NCBI GenBank assembly: GCA_044343545.1
Contig: JAWBZR010000001.1
Location: forward strand, 1 to 64,000
DNA: 64,000 nucleotides
Reading direction: 5' to 3'
Origin: Candidatus Aenigmatarchaeota archaeon
Lineage (GTDB): Archaea > Aenigmatarchaeota > Aenigmatarchaeia > CG10238-14
Position numbers and translations under genes: made by a program
The notes under the pieces: model-generated
What the model was told of the DNA's origin: nothing
The model's database searches: none
The model's input: only the letters and a program-made list of their open reading frames with translations
Part shown: piece after piece, positions 49,259-60,373 of the stretch
Numbering within the stretch: the first letter of the stretch is position 1
Layout: the number at the start of each line of letters is the position of its first letter

Positions 49259-49412
49259 ATAATAAAAATAATGAAGTGAAGTTAATGATTCTTCGAAAGA
49301 TTCAAAATATGATTTTAGATGGAAATAGAATATTAGAAAATTTAGCAGAAAAGAGCTTTTTATTCATAAAAAGAAACGTTACTTCTATTTGTGGCATAGA
49401 AGGTGGTTGTTG

Positions 49413-51560
49413 ATGAAGAAAAAAACAATATTAATAGCTGGGATGCATTGTGCTTCATGTGCTCAGAATATAGAAAATAATATAAAGAAATTAAAAGGTG
49501 TTAAAAAGGTTAATGTTAGTTTTGCTAATGAAAAAGCTTATGTTGAATATGATGAGAATTTGAGAGATGAAGAAATATTCAATGCTATTACGGATTTAGG
49601 ATATAAAGTTGTTTCAACAAATGATGATTACAAAACCAGAGAGATAAAAAGTTTGAAAAGATTATTCCTATTTTCATTTCTTTTGTCATTTCCAATATTT
49701 TTGTTTTCAATGCCATTTGAATGGTTAGGAATAGATATTCCAAACAAAGGCTTTATTTTGTTTTTGTTAGCAACTCCTGTTCAATTTATTGTTGGATATA
49801 GATTCTATAAAAGTGCTTTTCTTGCTTTAAAGGCTAAAACTGCTAATATGGATACATTAATAGCGTTGGGTACTTCTGCTGCATATTTTTATAGTGTTTT
49901 TGTTTTGTTCTTTGGAAAAGGAGATCATCTATATTTTGAAACATCTTCTTTACTTGTAACATTTGTAATTCTCGGGAAAATGCTTGAATCTATGGCTAAA
50001 GGAAAGGCATCTGATGCAATAAAAAAATTGATGTTGCTTCAACCAAAAAAAGCAATTGTTTTAAGGGATGGAAAAGAAATTGAAATAGATGTTGATCAAG
50101 TCAATTTAAATGATATTATTATTGTTAGACCTGGACAAAAAATACCTGTTGATGGTATTGTTTTAGATGGAAATTCAGCTGTCGATGAATCTATTCTTAC
50201 AGGCGAGTCAATGCCAGTTGATAAGAAAAGAGGTGATAAAGTTATAGGTGGCACTATGAACAAATATGGAACACTAAAAATAAAAGCAGAAAAATTTGGA
50301 AAAGAAACCTTTCTAAGTCAAATAATAAAATTAGTAGAAGACGTGCAAAACAGCAAAGCACCTATACAAAAAATAGCCGATAAAATTAGCTCTATTTTTG
50401 TTCCTATTGTTTTATCTATAGCAATTATTGCATTTTCTTTATGGTTTTTTGTGTTTAAAATGGGATTTGATTTTTCAATAATGATATTCGTCTCTGTTTT
50501 GATCATTGCTTGTCCTTGTGCATTAGGTTTGGCTACACCAACAGCAATAATTGTTGGATCTGGTAAAGCTGCTGAAAATGGAATAATTTTCAAAAACTCA
50601 GAGGCTCTTGAAAATCTAAATAGAATTGATGTTTTTGTTTTTGATAAAACTGGTACTTTGACTAAAGGAAAAATAGTTGTAACAGATATAGTTGGTAAAG
50701 ATGTTTTAAAATATGCTGCTATTGTTGAAAGCAAATCAGAGCATCCTATAGCTCAAGCTATTGTTGAAAAAGCAAAAGAAATGAAAATAAAAATTGAAGA
50801 AGCAGAAAAAATTGAAGTAAAACCTGGCAAAGGTATAATTGGTTTATGGAAAAAAAAGAAGATAATTGTAGGTAATATCAAATTAATCGAAGAAAACAAG
50901 GTAAATATAGGAAAATTTTCTGAAAAGATAGAGCAATTAGAAAATCAAGGAAAAACTACTATGATTGTTGCAATTGATAGAAAAGTTGTTGGGTTAATAG
51001 CTGTTGCTGATAGTATTAAAGAAAATGCTAAAGAAGTAGTTGCTGAATTAAAAAGAATGAATAAAAAAGTTGTTATGATAACTGGAGATAATAAAAAAGT
51101 TGCTGAAAATATAGCTAGAGAAATAGGTATAGAAGAATATATAGCTGAAGTTCTGCCGCAAGAAAAAGAAGAGCATGTAGCAAAACTTCAAAAAAAATAT
51201 AAAGTTGCTTTTGTTGGTGATGGTATAAACGATGCACCTGCTCTTGCAAGGGCTGATGTAGGTATTGCTATTGGTGCTGGAACAGATATTGCTTTAGAAG
51301 CTGGTGAAGTTGTTTTAGTTAAAAATGATTTGAATGATGTTTTAAAAGCTATAAAGATAAGCAAGTATACTGTTAAAAAAATAAAACAAAATTTATTTTG
51401 GGCTTTCTTTTATAATTCTTTGGGTATACCAATAGCTGCTGGAGCAATATATCCATTTACAGGTTTTCTACTCAATCCAATAATAGCTGGTATTGCTATG
51501 GCTTTAAGCTCTGTTTCAGTTGTTAGTAATTCTTTACTTATGAAAAGATACAAAGTTTAA
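49413..51560 (+). CDS. copA: Cu(I)-exporting P1B ATPase
   Basis: [33 protein letters not shown] and MALSS. Confidence 0.95.
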   Translation: MKKKTILIAGMHCASCAQNIENNIKKLKGVKKVNVSFANEKAYVEYDENLRDEEIFNAITDLGYKVVSTNDDYKTREIKSLKRLFLFSFLLSFPIFLFSMPFEWLGIDIPNKGFILFLLATPVQFIVGYRFYKSAFLALKAKTANMDTLIALGTSAAYFYSVFVLFFGKGDHLYFETSSLLVTFVILGKMLESMAKGKASDAIKKLMLLQPKKAIVLRDGKEIEIDVDQVNLNDIIIVRPGQKIPVDGIVLDGNSAVDESILTGESMPVDKKRGDKVIGGTMNKYGTLKIKAEKFGKETFLSQIIKLVEDVQNSKAPIQKIADKISSIFVPIVLSIAIIAFSLWFFVFKMGFDFSIMIFVSVLIIACPCALGLATPTAIIVGSGKAAENGIIFKNSEALENLNRIDVFVFDKTGTLTKGKIVVTDIVGKDVLKYAAIVESKSEHPIAQAIVEKAKEMKIKIEEAEKIEVKPGKGIIGLWKKKKIIVGNIKLIEENKVNIGKFSEKIEQLENQGKTTMIVAIDRKVVGLIAVADSIKENAKEVVAELKRMNKKVVMITGDNKKVAENIAREIGIEEYIAEVLPQEKEEHVAKLQKKYKVAFVGDGINDAPALARADVGIAIGAGTDIALEAGEVVLVKNDLNDVLKAIKISKYTVKKIKQNLFWAFFYNSLGIPIAAGAIYPFTGFLLNPIIAGIAMALSSVSVVSNSLLMKRYKV

Positions 51561-51944
51561 TTTTTTAAAAATATTTTTAATTTGTTTTTCGTCACAATAA
51601 TAAAAATGAGAAATGCATTTACAATCACTTGAACCAAATTTTTTTATTGGCTTGAATTTTTTTGATAATATTTTAGCCAAAAAACATTCAATTTTTCTAT
51701 TTTCAAAAACTAAAACATCGACTATTTTTGCATACTTGTTATTTAAAAAATAATCTATATGCCACTTTAACTTTTTATTTTTTCTTAAATGTCTACTAAT
51801 TCTATTTTCTATATTAATTGGTTTTCCAAAAGCTGAGCCGATATAACAATAATAACCTTTTCTGAAATTTATCTCACCCAAACTACCTATTTTAATCTTT
51901 TGATCTTTCTTTAATTCAATTAAAAGTATGTAAGTTCCGAACAT
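51534..51944 (-). CDS. GIY-YIG (DUF123) nuclease family protein
   Basis: GTY...YIGSA...RH...WHIDY...[10 protein letters not shown]. Confidence 0.85.
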   Translation of the reverse strand: MFGTYILLIELKKDQKIKIGSLGEINFRKGYYCYIGSAFGKPINIENRISRHLRKNKKLKWHIDYFLNNKYAKIVDVLVFENRKIECFLAKILSKKFKPIKKFGSSDCKCISHFYYCDEKQIKNIFKKLNFVSFHK

Positions 51945-51983
51945 TTATTAAATCTTTTAAATACAAATAATATAATTTTTTAC

Positions 51984-52673
51984 GTGAAAGTTGCCATAGT
52001 TTCTCAAAATAATTTTAGTTTAATAAAAAAGATCGAATCAGCTGGCATAAAAATAGTTAAAGAAAATCCTGATATAGTTATATCAATAGGTGGAGATGGA
52101 ACTATATTGCTTAGCGAAAGATTATATCCTTCTATACCAAAATTGGCAATAAAGACAAGCAGTACATGTAGAAAATGTCAATACACGCCATCTCAGATTA
52201 AAAATGTTTTAGAGTTGATAAAAAAAGGTAAATATAAAATTGAGGAAGAAAACAAAATTGAGGTAAGATTCAAAAATTACAAACTATTAGCATTAAATGA
52301 AATACAATTGCATAATAAAAAACCTACTGTGGCTATTAGATTTTCTGTTGAAGCCGATGGTTTTAGGCAAGAAAATGTAATCGGTGACGGTTTAATAGTG
52401 TCAACACCTTTTGGTTCAACCGGATATTACATGTCCATAACGGGGAAAAAATTCAAAAAAGGTTTAGGTTTGGCTTTTAACAATCCTCATAACATAAAAA
52501 TCAAAGGTATAGTTCTCGATGAAAATGCAAAAATAAAAGTGAAACTATTAAGAGAGGAAGCTTGGTTGATAAGAGATAACGATGATAATTTTTTGAATTT
52601 GGAAAAAGGCGATAAATTTAAAGTTGTAAAGTCAAAAGAAAAAGCTAGATTTATCAAAATTAAATTTTATTGA
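51984..52673 (+). CDS. NAD kinase
   Basis: GGDGT, LNE, GDG...STPFGSTGY. Confidence 0.9.
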   Translation: MKVAIVSQNNFSLIKKIESAGIKIVKENPDIVISIGGDGTILLSERLYPSIPKLAIKTSSTCRKCQYTPSQIKNVLELIKKGKYKIEEENKIEVRFKNYKLLALNEIQLHNKKPTVAIRFSVEADGFRQENVIGDGLIVSTPFGSTGYYMSITGKKFKKGLGLAFNNPHNIKIKGIVLDENAKIKVKLLREEAWLIRDNDDNFLNLEKGDKFKVVKSKEKARFIKIKFY

Positions 52674-52685
52674 TAATTTATTTTA

Positions 52686-53888
52686 TCAAGTCTTTAAAAT
52701 TTCTACACCCGGCATTTTTTTACCGGACAAGTAATTTATCAACGCTCCACCAGCTAAACTTATATAAGAATACTTGCTTTTATCTATTCCCAAAACATTC
52801 ATTGCAACAGATGTATCTCCACCACCCACAAGTGTAAAGGCCTTTGAATTTGCAACAGCTTCCAAAATTTCTTTTGTTCCCTTTTCAAAACCTTTTTCTT
52901 CATACACTCCTGCCGTGCCTTTAACAACAATTGTTTTTGCTGTTTTTATTCTTTCTTTGAATAGTTCTATTGTTTGACTACCTATATCTAAAATCATTTC
53001 ATCTACAGGTAAATCAACTATATCGACTTCCTTTCTTTTACCATCTTTATTAATTGCAACATCTATTGGGATAAATATTTTCTCATTATATTTTTTGAAA
53101 GTTGTCTCTAAACCTTCTGCCAACTCGTAGAATTTTTTATTTTTCAAAAACTGCTCTGTTTTTTCGCCTAATTCAAAACCTTGTGCTATTAAAAATAATT
53201 CACCCAAAACACCACAAGCCAAAACCTCATCTATTATTCCATTTTCAAGACCATAATTCATTATTTTTATGCAATCATCTGGTTTAGCTCCGCCTAAAAT
53301 GTAGATGTTTGGTTTTTCCGGATTCAAAGCTCTCTCGAGAGATTTTAATTCTTTTTCCATTAATCTACCAGCTATCTTAGGTAAATCTGTAAAGCCTACT
53401 ATAGAGGCGTGTGAACGGTGAGATGCCGAAAATGCGTCATTGACAAAAACATCAGCTAAAGGCATTAACGTCTTTACCAAAGTGCTATTTTTATGATCTT
53501 CAGGTGCTTTCTCAACATCTTCGTCCTCTAAAAATCTCACATTTTCAAGTAGAAGAGCTTGCCCGGGCTTCAAGGACTTTATAGAGTTTATAGCTTTTTC
53601 GTCTACAATGCTATTGACAAATTTTATTGGATATTTCACATATTTCTTAAGCAATTTTGCATGTTGCCTCAATGAAATAAAATCCGAATCTCCCTTTCTT
53701 CCTTGATGTGCCAAAATAACAACTTTTGATTTTTTTTCACATAGCTCATTTATAGTTTTTGCTGCCTCTATCAATCTTTCAGAAACTTCTATTTTTCCAG
53801 TAGCCTCGTCATAAGGTAAATTTATATCAACTCTCAAAATCACGGTTTTATTTGAAAAGTCGAAATCGTCAAGAGTTTTAAATTTCAT
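52686..53888 (-). CDS. pgk: Phosphoglycerate kinase
   Basis: LRVDIN, HQGR, LLENVRF, NDAFSASHR, GGAK, GGGDT. Confidence 0.96.
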   Translation of the reverse strand: MKFKTLDDFDFSNKTVILRVDINLPYDEATGKIEVSERLIEAAKTINELCEKKSKVVILAHQGRKGDSDFISLRQHAKLLKKYVKYPIKFVNSIVDEKAINSIKSLKPGQALLLENVRFLEDEDVEKAPEDHKNSTLVKTLMPLADVFVNDAFSASHRSHASIVGFTDLPKIAGRLMEKELKSLERALNPEKPNIYILGGAKPDDCIKIMNYGLENGIIDEVLACGVLGELFLIAQGFELGEKTEQFLKNKKFYELAEGLETTFKKYNEKIFIPIDVAINKDGKRKEVDIVDLPVDEMILDIGSQTIELFKERIKTAKTIVVKGTAGVYEEKGFEKGTKEILEAVANSKAFTLVGGGDTSVAMNVLGIDKSKYSYISLAGGALINYLSGKKMPGVEILKT

Positions 53889-53898
53889 TATAAAACCT

Positions 53899-54408
53899 CT
53901 ATGATCTACTTAAAGCTATTTGACACATATGACAAAAATCGGATGACTTGTTATCTATATCTCTTATGTTATTAGAAGAATTCATGACGCAACCCTTTTC
54001 TTTACAATGTTGAAGACCCAACACATGACCGAATTCGTGTATGCACTCTTTAAGCAACCTCTCTTTAAACAATTGTTTATCTGGAGATGATAATCTAAAT
54101 GTGGATACTATGGCTGCCTTGCCTTTAATTTTTGCCAAACCAAACAAATAGTTTAATCCTGATGAATATATATCTTTATCTGTAATAGCTATCACTTTAT
54201 CATCAAAATTATTTTCTAAATGGTTGAGAATTATACTTGCTTCATATTGCTGTCTAAATCTATTAAAGCTATCTTCAGGTACCTTTATTTCAGAGCCGAG
54301 TAAGACTGGTATTTTAAACTTTGCTCTCAGATTTTTTTTGACAAAATCCAAAATATTTGGTTCAACTTTACCAAAATAACAAATAGTTAGCTGAATTTCT
54401 CTCACCAA
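53899..54408 (-). CDS. Archaemetzincin Zn metalloprotease
   Basis: HEFGHVLGLQHC...CVM...CHMC. Confidence 0.9.
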   Translation of the reverse strand: MVREIQLTICYFGKVEPNILDFVKKNLRAKFKIPVLLGSEIKVPEDSFNRFRQQYEASIILNHLENNFDDKVIAITDKDIYSSGLNYLFGLAKIKGKAAIVSTFRLSSPDKQLFKERLLKECIHEFGHVLGLQHCKEKGCVMNSSNNIRDIDNKSSDFCHMCQIALSRS

Positions 54409-54442
54409 TTAAATATTTAGATAAATTTAAATAAATTTTAAA

Positions 54443-54516
54443 TGGGGTTGGCCGGATTTGAACCAGCGACACCACGGGCTTCAGCCGTGCGCTCTCCCGG
54501 ACTGAGCTACAACCCC
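54443..54516 (-). tRNA. tRNA-Phe(GAA), intron-less, CCA not encoded
   Basis: Acceptor GGGGTTG/CAACCCC, anticodon arm CACGG-CTGAAGC-CCGTG, T loop TTCAAAT. Confidence 0.96.
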
Positions 54517-54677
54517 AATTGTTATTAAATTTGAAATTCAATCTTAAATTTTTTGGCAAAACGCACATTTTAAAAGTTTTCTAGGGATTCGAATTTGCCT
54601 GCTTTGAAATTCATGAATTCAACCATTTTTTTAAATCTAGTTCCATGAATAAAAGCTTTGAAAATTTATGATAAAGT

Positions 54678-55421
54678 TCAATCACTACCCTTCGTAAAAA
54701 TCAATCTTATCTTCGACAACGCTTTATATAATCTCAACTCTATATTGAACCTGTATCTGAAACCTTCTTCTATTATAAAAATAAAATTGCCCAAAACAAA
54801 TCTTATGCCAGTAGGTATATCCCTCACGTCATAATAATAAACTTTTACAGGCACTTGTTTTATTCTCAAACCTTCTTTCATTGCTTTGATCATCATCATA
54901 TTTTCTATGATATATCCACCAACTGTTGCGTCAACCAGCTTCAGCATGGCCTCTCTGTTCATAGCTATAAAGCCGCAGTTGCTATCCTTTACTCTCACAC
55001 CAAACATTATATTGAATGTTGTTCTCCAAACAAAGTTACCCAAACGATGTCTTAATGGAACGTCCCTTTTCCAATTTCTATATCCGGTAACATAATCAGC
55101 TTGGTCAACAACTAAAGGATTGAATATTTTTGGCAAATCTTCTGGCATATATTGAAGGTCTGCGTCCAGAATTGCCACATATTTTATGTCTGGAAGATTG
55201 TGTTTTATGTATAAGAATGCCGTCTTTAACCCTTCACCTTTACCCCTATTTTTTTCATGTCTAAGTACTATTGCACCAGCACTTTTTGCAATTTCTCCTG
55301 TTCTATCTGGTGAACAGTCATCAACGACTATTGGCAAGTAACCCAAACTCTTTACTCTCTTTACAACTTCTTCAATGTTTTTTTCTTCCATATAAGCTGG
55401 AATCACAACTGCAAATTCCAT
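54678..55421 (-). CDS. GT2 family glycosyltransferase
   Basis: IPAYMEE, VDDCSPD, NRGKG, DADLQ, DSNCGF. Confidence 0.9.
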   Translation of the reverse strand: MEFAVVIPAYMEEKNIEEVVKRVKSLGYLPIVVDDCSPDRTGEIAKSAGAIVLRHEKNRGKGEGLKTAFLYIKHNLPDIKYVAILDADLQYMPEDLPKIFNPLVVDQADYVTGYRNWKRDVPLRHRLGNFVWRTTFNIMFGVRVKDSNCGFIAMNREAMLKLVDATVGGYIIENMMMIKAMKEGLRIKQVPVKVYYYDVRDIPTGIRFVLGNFIFIIEEGFRYRFNIELRLYKALSKIRLIFTKGSD

Positions 55422-55457
55422 TCACATCAACGATATTAAAATAAAGAATTTAACGTT

Positions 55458-55634
55458 TTATTGTTGTTGGCCGCCTTTACCATTATTCATGTTTTCTATT
55501 TGCTTTTCTATCCTGACAAGAGTTTTAAAAATACTATCAAGCGTTCTATTCATATAATTAATTTGTGTTATTGATATCAAAGTTGGGCACGTGCTATAGT
55601 TGTTGCATATTTTACCTTTTTCCGGGTCACACAT
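55458..55634 (-). CDS. 58-aa Cys-containing hypothetical protein (not in ORF track)
   Basis: MCDPEKGKICNNYSTCPTLISITQINYMNRTLDSIFKTLVRIEKQIENMNNGKGGQQQ. Confidence 0.45.
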   Translation of the reverse strand: MCDPEKGKICNNYSTCPTLISITQINYMNRTLDSIFKTLVRIEKQIENMNNGKGGQQQ

Positions 55635-55687
55635 TTTAGCATAGCACCATAAACTTCTATAAATTTTGCATCCAAGTTTAAATATTT

Positions 55688-56317
55688 ATGGAACCGACCG
55701 TTAACTTTAAAAAGCATGGGGCTGAAGCTGTAATATATTTAGAAAATGATTATATTGTGAAAGAAAGAATTAAAAAGGGTTATAGAATTAAGGAAATAGA
55801 TGAAAAAATAAGAAAACTCAGGACATCCTTGGAGGCTAAATTACTCATAGAAGCCAAGAGAAACGGTATTCACACGCCATCTGTATTTCAAGTTGACAAA
55901 TGTAATTTTAAAATAAAAATGGAGTTTATAAATGGAATAAGGTTAAAAGAATATCTTGAGGTGTGTGAAAAAAGTGAAATTAAGAAAATATGTAAAAACG
56001 TGGGCGAGTGCATTGGAAAGTTACACAAGGCAGGTATAGTTCACGGAGATTTGACCACATCTAATATTATTTTGAAAGATGATAAGCTTTATTTCATTGA
56101 TTTTGGTTTGGGTTATTTTTCTAAGAGAACTGAAGATTTCGGAACTGATCTAAAGCTCTTAAAAGAAGCGTTACAATCAACACATTTTAAAATATTAAAA
56201 CTCTGTTGGGATAATATTTTAAAAGGTTACAAAAAAGAATATAAGGAAGCGGACAAGGTTATAGAAAAGGTGAAAGAAATTGAAAAGCGTGCTAGATATG
56301 CTCAGAAGCAAGAATAG
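55688..56317 (+). CDS. bud32: KEOPS complex kinase/ATPase Bud32
   Basis: GAEA, HGDLTTSN, IDFGL. Confidence 0.93.
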   Translation: MEPTVNFKKHGAEAVIYLENDYIVKERIKKGYRIKEIDEKIRKLRTSLEAKLLIEAKRNGIHTPSVFQVDKCNFKIKMEFINGIRLKEYLEVCEKSEIKKICKNVGECIGKLHKAGIVHGDLTTSNIILKDDKLYFIDFGLGYFSKRTEDFGTDLKLLKEALQSTHFKILKLCWDNILKGYKKEYKEADKVIEKVKEIEKRARYAQKQE

Positions 56318-56513
56318 GTTTGAAAAAGCGGAAGGGTATGCTATATTTTCTCTATTGATAAGTTCAATTTTTTTATCTCTAGGCATCGGCCTAACTATTT
56401 TTGGTACAAGAGGTGTTTCGGCCTTGATAGCAATGTTGGGAGCATTATTTTCATTTTTGTCAGCTGTCGCTTTAATAGTAATATGGGTATGGGAAGATAT
56501 GGTGAAAGGATGA
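56298..56513 (+). CDS. Small two-TM membrane protein
   Basis: Two hydrophobic helices. Confidence 0.6.
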   Translation: MLRSKNRFEKAEGYAIFSLLISSIFLSLGIGLTIFGTRGVSALIAMLGALFSFLSAVALIVIWVWEDMVKG

Positions 56514-56568
56514 ATTTTTTAAATATTGCATTTCATAAATTTGCAGTATGATTTGAAAAGGTGCTTAA

Positions 56569-57030
56569 ATGGCAAGGATGCATGCAAGAAAAAAGGGAAA
56601 ATCCGGATCTAAGAAACCTTTGATGAAAACAGCTCCTAGATGGGTTATTTATAAAAAGGCTGAAGTAGAGAAGCTTGTGGTAAATTTGGCCAAAGAAGGA
56701 TACTCGTCTGCTATGATAGGTATTATTTTAAGAGATAGATATGGTATACCTTCAGTGAAGCTAATAACGGGTAAAAGCATATCGCAAATAATGAAAGAGA
56801 ACAAATTATATCCGAAATATCCTGAAGATTTGCTTAATTTATTAAAGAGAGCTGTGAATTTGAGAGCGCATTTAGCTATTCACAAAAAAGATTATACTTC
56901 CAAAAGAAATTTGGGTTTATTGGAATCCAAAATAAGAAGATTGGTAAAATATTATATAAGAAAAAAGATCTTGCCGGAAGATTGGAAATATGACCCAGAA
57001 AAGGCAAAAGTTATTGTGCAACAAAAGTGA
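56569..57030 (+). CDS. rps15: Ribosomal protein S15 (uS15)
   Basis: [14 protein letters not shown]...[11 protein letters not shown]. Confidence 0.97.
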   Translation: MARMHARKKGKSGSKKPLMKTAPRWVIYKKAEVEKLVVNLAKEGYSSAMIGIILRDRYGIPSVKLITGKSISQIMKENKLYPKYPEDLLNLLKRAVNLRAHLAIHKKDYTSKRNLGLLESKIRRLVKYYIRKKILPEDWKYDPEKAKVIVQQK

Positions 57031-57034
57031 TTGA

Positions 57035-57589
57035 ATGGCAAAAAAGATAAAGGGTAAGGATTGGTTCACGATTTTTGCACCGAAAATTTTTCAAGAAAAG
57101 ATAATAGGAGAAACGATGGCGGACGATGCCAAAAAAGTCATTAACAGAATGGTGGAATTGCCTGTAGTGCTTATAACCAATGATATGAGCAAGTATTATA
57201 TGAAAGCTAAGATGAAGATAAAGAGAGTTGAAGGGCAAAACGCCTATGCAGAGCTCGCTGGCTTGGAATGTATGAGAGATTATATAGCAAGAATGATTAG
57301 GCATAGAGTTACGAGAATAGACACCGTTCAAAAACTTGAAACAAAGGATGGCAAACAAATAGTAGTAAAGTGTGTAATAGTCACAAGTAGAAAAGTCACT
57401 GCAGGTGTGGAGAAAAAAATTAGAAAATATGTTGAGGATGTTATCACCAAAAATGTTTCTGAAAGTACGCTTGATGATTTTGTAACAAAAATTTTAAAAG
57501 ATGTTATAAAGCAAAAAATATTAAAAGAAGGCTCGAAAATATATCCACTAAAATTTTTCGAAGTGAGGAAATTAGAAGTAAAGATTTGA
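57035..57589 (+). CDS. rps3ae: Ribosomal protein S3Ae (eS1)
   Basis: KDWFTIFAP...KIYPL..FEVRK; follows rps15. Confidence 0.9.
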   Translation: MAKKIKGKDWFTIFAPKIFQEKIIGETMADDAKKVINRMVELPVVLITNDMSKYYMKAKMKIKRVEGQNAYAELAGLECMRDYIARMIRHRVTRIDTVQKLETKDGKQIVVKCVIVTSRKVTAGVEKKIRKYVEDVITKNVSESTLDDFVTKILKDVIKQKILKEGSKIYPLKFFEVRKLEVKI

Positions 57590-57626
57590 GTGAAGTATTT
57601 TATTTCTTCTCTAAAATAATTGTTTT

Positions 57627-59267
57627 ATGAAAAATATAGAAGAAATGGCAAAAAAATATGCCATAATAAATGCTGTAGAATTTGGCGGTAAAGCAAATGT
57701 TCAAGCTGTTCTAGGTAAAATTATTGCTGAAGATGAAAGTTTGAAAGCTAAAATAAAGGATGTCGCGAAGATCGTCGCGAAAATTGTTCAAGAAGTAAAT
57801 TCTACACCCTTAGATGAGTTAAAAAAAGAGTATGAAAAATTGGACGTAATTGTTGAAAAAAAGCAAGAAAGTAAGGATTTACCAGAACTTCCATTTGCTC
57901 AAAAAGGAAAAGTAATAACAGCATTTCCCCCAGAGCCAAGCAAATATCCGCACATAGGTCACGCAAAGGCTGCCTTGATAAATTACATGTATGCAAAAAA
58001 ATATGATGGAATTTTTATCTTAAGATTTGAAGATACGAACCCGGAGATGGCTAAGAAAGAATATTATGATGCCATAATGGACGGATTAAAATGGTTAAAT
58101 ATTGTATGGGATAAAGTCGATTATATTTCAGATCACATAGAAAAGTATTATGAGTTTGCTGAAAGGCTTTTAAATGAAAAAAGAGCTTATGTATGCCTCT
58201 GCGAGCAAGAAAAAATAAAAAAATTCAGGATGGAAGGTATAGAATGTGAACATAGACGGCAAAGTGTTGAGGAAAACTTAAATTTATGGAAGAAAATGTT
58301 TGAAGAATTTGAAGAAGGTAAGGCTACTTTGAGATTAAGAATTGACATGAAACACAAAAACACTACGATGAGAGACCCGGTGATAATGAGAATTGTTGAT
58401 AAAGAGCATGTAAGGACGGGGAAAAAATATAGAATATGGCCAACGTATGATTTCGGCACAAGCGTTATGGACGGTTTGGAAGGCGTAACCCATAGATTTA
58501 GAAGCAAAGAATTTGAGATGAGAGATGAATTGCAAAAATTTATTCAAAGAATTTTGGGTTTTAAAGAAACATACATAAAAGAAATAGCGAGATTTAACCT
58601 TGAGGGCGTACCGTCTTCAGGAAGAATTATAAGGCAAATGATAGCTGAAGGCAAGCTATCTGGATGGGATGATCCTAGACTTTCTACGCTCATGGCACTG
58701 AGAAAGAGAGGTTTTTTACCCGAAGCAATAAAAGAGTTTTTGTTATCGACTGGAATATCAAAAGCCGAAGCAACATTCGGATGGGAAATGTTAGAGAGTT
58801 TTAATAGAAAACATGTTGATAAGATAGCCAATAGATACTTTGCTGTTGTAAATCCTGTACCTATAGAAATTATTGGAAATCTGCCAAAGATCGTGGAAGA
58901 ACCGCTCCATCCAGATTATCCTGAGAGGGGAAAAAGAAAAATTGAAGTGGGAAAGAATATCTACATATCAAGAGAAGATTACGATAGATTTTTTGGGAAA
59001 ACAGTTAGGCTAATAGGGTTATGTAATGTAAAGTTGAGTAAAAAGGCTGTATATGAAGGTAATGAAATAATTCAAGATATGCCAAAAATTCAATGGGTTT
59101 CAGAGCCCTTCGAAAGAATAAAAATATTGATGAATGATGGAAATATAGTAAACATGATAGCAGAGCCTGAAATCAAAATTTGTGAAGAATTTGTTCAATT
59201 TATTAGAATTGGGTTTGCCAAGCTGATTTCAAGGGAAGATATGTTTTTCTGTTTTACACACAAATAA
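57627..59267 (+). CDS. gltX: Glutamate--tRNA ligase
   Basis: PPEPSKYPHIGH, RFEDTNP, WPTYDF, GWDDPRL. Confidence 0.95.
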   Translation: MKNIEEMAKKYAIINAVEFGGKANVQAVLGKIIAEDESLKAKIKDVAKIVAKIVQEVNSTPLDELKKEYEKLDVIVEKKQESKDLPELPFAQKGKVITAFPPEPSKYPHIGHAKAALINYMYAKKYDGIFILRFEDTNPEMAKKEYYDAIMDGLKWLNIVWDKVDYISDHIEKYYEFAERLLNEKRAYVCLCEQEKIKKFRMEGIECEHRRQSVEENLNLWKKMFEEFEEGKATLRLRIDMKHKNTTMRDPVIMRIVDKEHVRTGKKYRIWPTYDFGTSVMDGLEGVTHRFRSKEFEMRDELQKFIQRILGFKETYIKEIARFNLEGVPSSGRIIRQMIAEGKLSGWDDPRLSTLMALRKRGFLPEAIKEFLLSTGISKAEATFGWEMLESFNRKHVDKIANRYFAVVNPVPIEIIGNLPKIVEEPLHPDYPERGKRKIEVGKNIYISREDYDRFFGKTVRLIGLCNVKLSKKAVYEGNEIIQDMPKIQWVSEPFERIKILMNDGNIVNMIAEPEIKICEEFVQFIRIGFAKLISREDMFFCFTHK

Positions 59268-59269
59268 GA

Positions 59270-59755
59270 TTAAAAGATTATTCTTTTTATCAACAATATA
59301 TTCAAATTTACGATTATCAAGGCTATATAAAACATTCTCTTTGTTCCTTTATGGTGCCAATGGTTTTTCGTGAAAGTTAAGTGAAAATCTGAAAATGGGT
59401 AAAATATTCTCGTGGCCCAAAAATCAGAGTGACTGAGCATATCGATAATTATGTGGGATGCGTAGCAGATCGCAAAAATTGAAGTATACTCGGGGAAGAA
59501 AACGCTAAAAACAGAAGTGATTATTAATAAGCCTATGATGCTGTGAAAGAAATGATAAAATTCAAGATATTCATTAGGCGGTCTCCATTCATGCAATACT
59601 TGTCTCTTTAATGGAAATTTATCTTTTATCACATAGTATAGAAAGAATGGAGCTGACAGTATATCTGGCATATTAGAAAATAAAAATACTGGTAAAAGCA
59701 GTTGCAAATTTCTTACAAGCGTTAATCCCCACAAGGCATGGACTATATTATCCAT
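59270..59755 (-). CDS. Membrane-bound metal-dependent hydrolase (YdjM-like)
   Basis: H near N-terminus, PD, HS, HIIID motifs. Confidence 0.65.
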   Translation of the reverse strand: MDNIVHALWGLTLVRNLQLLLPVFLFSNMPDILSAPFFLYYVIKDKFPLKRQVLHEWRPPNEYLEFYHFFHSIIGLLIITSVFSVFFPEYTSIFAICYASHIIIDMLSHSDFWATRIFYPFSDFHLTFTKNHWHHKGTKRMFYIALIIVNLNILLIKRIIF

Positions 59756-59845
59756 TGGGTAAATTTTTTATGATTTCAAATTTTTAAATCATATAGAACT
59801 GATTCTTGGTGAAATATTTAAATTATCCTCATAATTTTATTGTTT

Positions 59846-60373
59846 ATGGAAGGCGAGTTAATAGGAGAAAGGGTCGTGATTTGGGGAAAAGATGCTCAAA
59901 ACTTATATGAAGAAAGTGGTTATGGAAAACCATTAGAAGATAGGTTAGAGCTTTCTTTAATAGAAGCGTGTTTTCTCTTGGAAAAGAATAAAATTTCTAT
60001 AAAAACGAAAGACGGCAAGCTTTCTTTCAAAGAATTTTATGAATATTGTATTAGCAAGGAGCCGGAATTTCACCAAAAATATGTAGTTTACAAAGATTTG
60101 AGATCAAGAGGTTATCTAGTTAAAACGGGATTTAAATTTGGAGCTCATTTTAGGGTTTATGAGAGAGGTGTTAAACTCAAAAGAGGGCCTAAAGAAGCTC
60201 ATGAGCATACCAAGTTCGTTGTTCATGCAATAAAAGAAGAGGATAGATTTTCATATCCTGAGTTATCAAGGGCGGTGAGATTAGCGCAAAACATAAGGGC
60301 AAAAATGGTTTGGGCCGTCGTGGATAGCGAAAATGACGTGACATATTATGAAATAGTTAGAGTCACTCCCTAA
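59846..60373 (+). CDS. endA: tRNA-intron endonuclease
   Basis: LSLIEA, VYKDLRSRG, KTGFKFG.HFRVY, RAVRLAQN. Confidence 0.92.
   Translation: MEGELIGERVVIWGKDAQNLYEESGYGKPLEDRLELSLIEACFLLEKNKISIKTKDGKLSFKEFYEYCISKEPEFHQKYVVYKDLRSRGYLVKTGFKFGAHFRVYERGVKLKRGPKEAHEHTKFVVHAIKEEDRFSYPELSRAVRLAQNIRAKMVWAVVDSENDVTYYEIVRVTP

Noticed and set aside
51534..51944. Homing endonuclease or mobile element
   Set aside because: Matches the stand-alone DUF123-type GIY-YIG family; no intron, intein or terminal repeats
54368..54568. 66-aa ORF
   Set aside because: Overlaps tRNA-Phe
54525..54625. Imperfect palindromes (TTGAAATTCATGAATTCAA) upstream of the tRNA; possible integration site
   Set aside because: AT-rich and imperfect; no integrase and no duplicated tRNA 3' end seen
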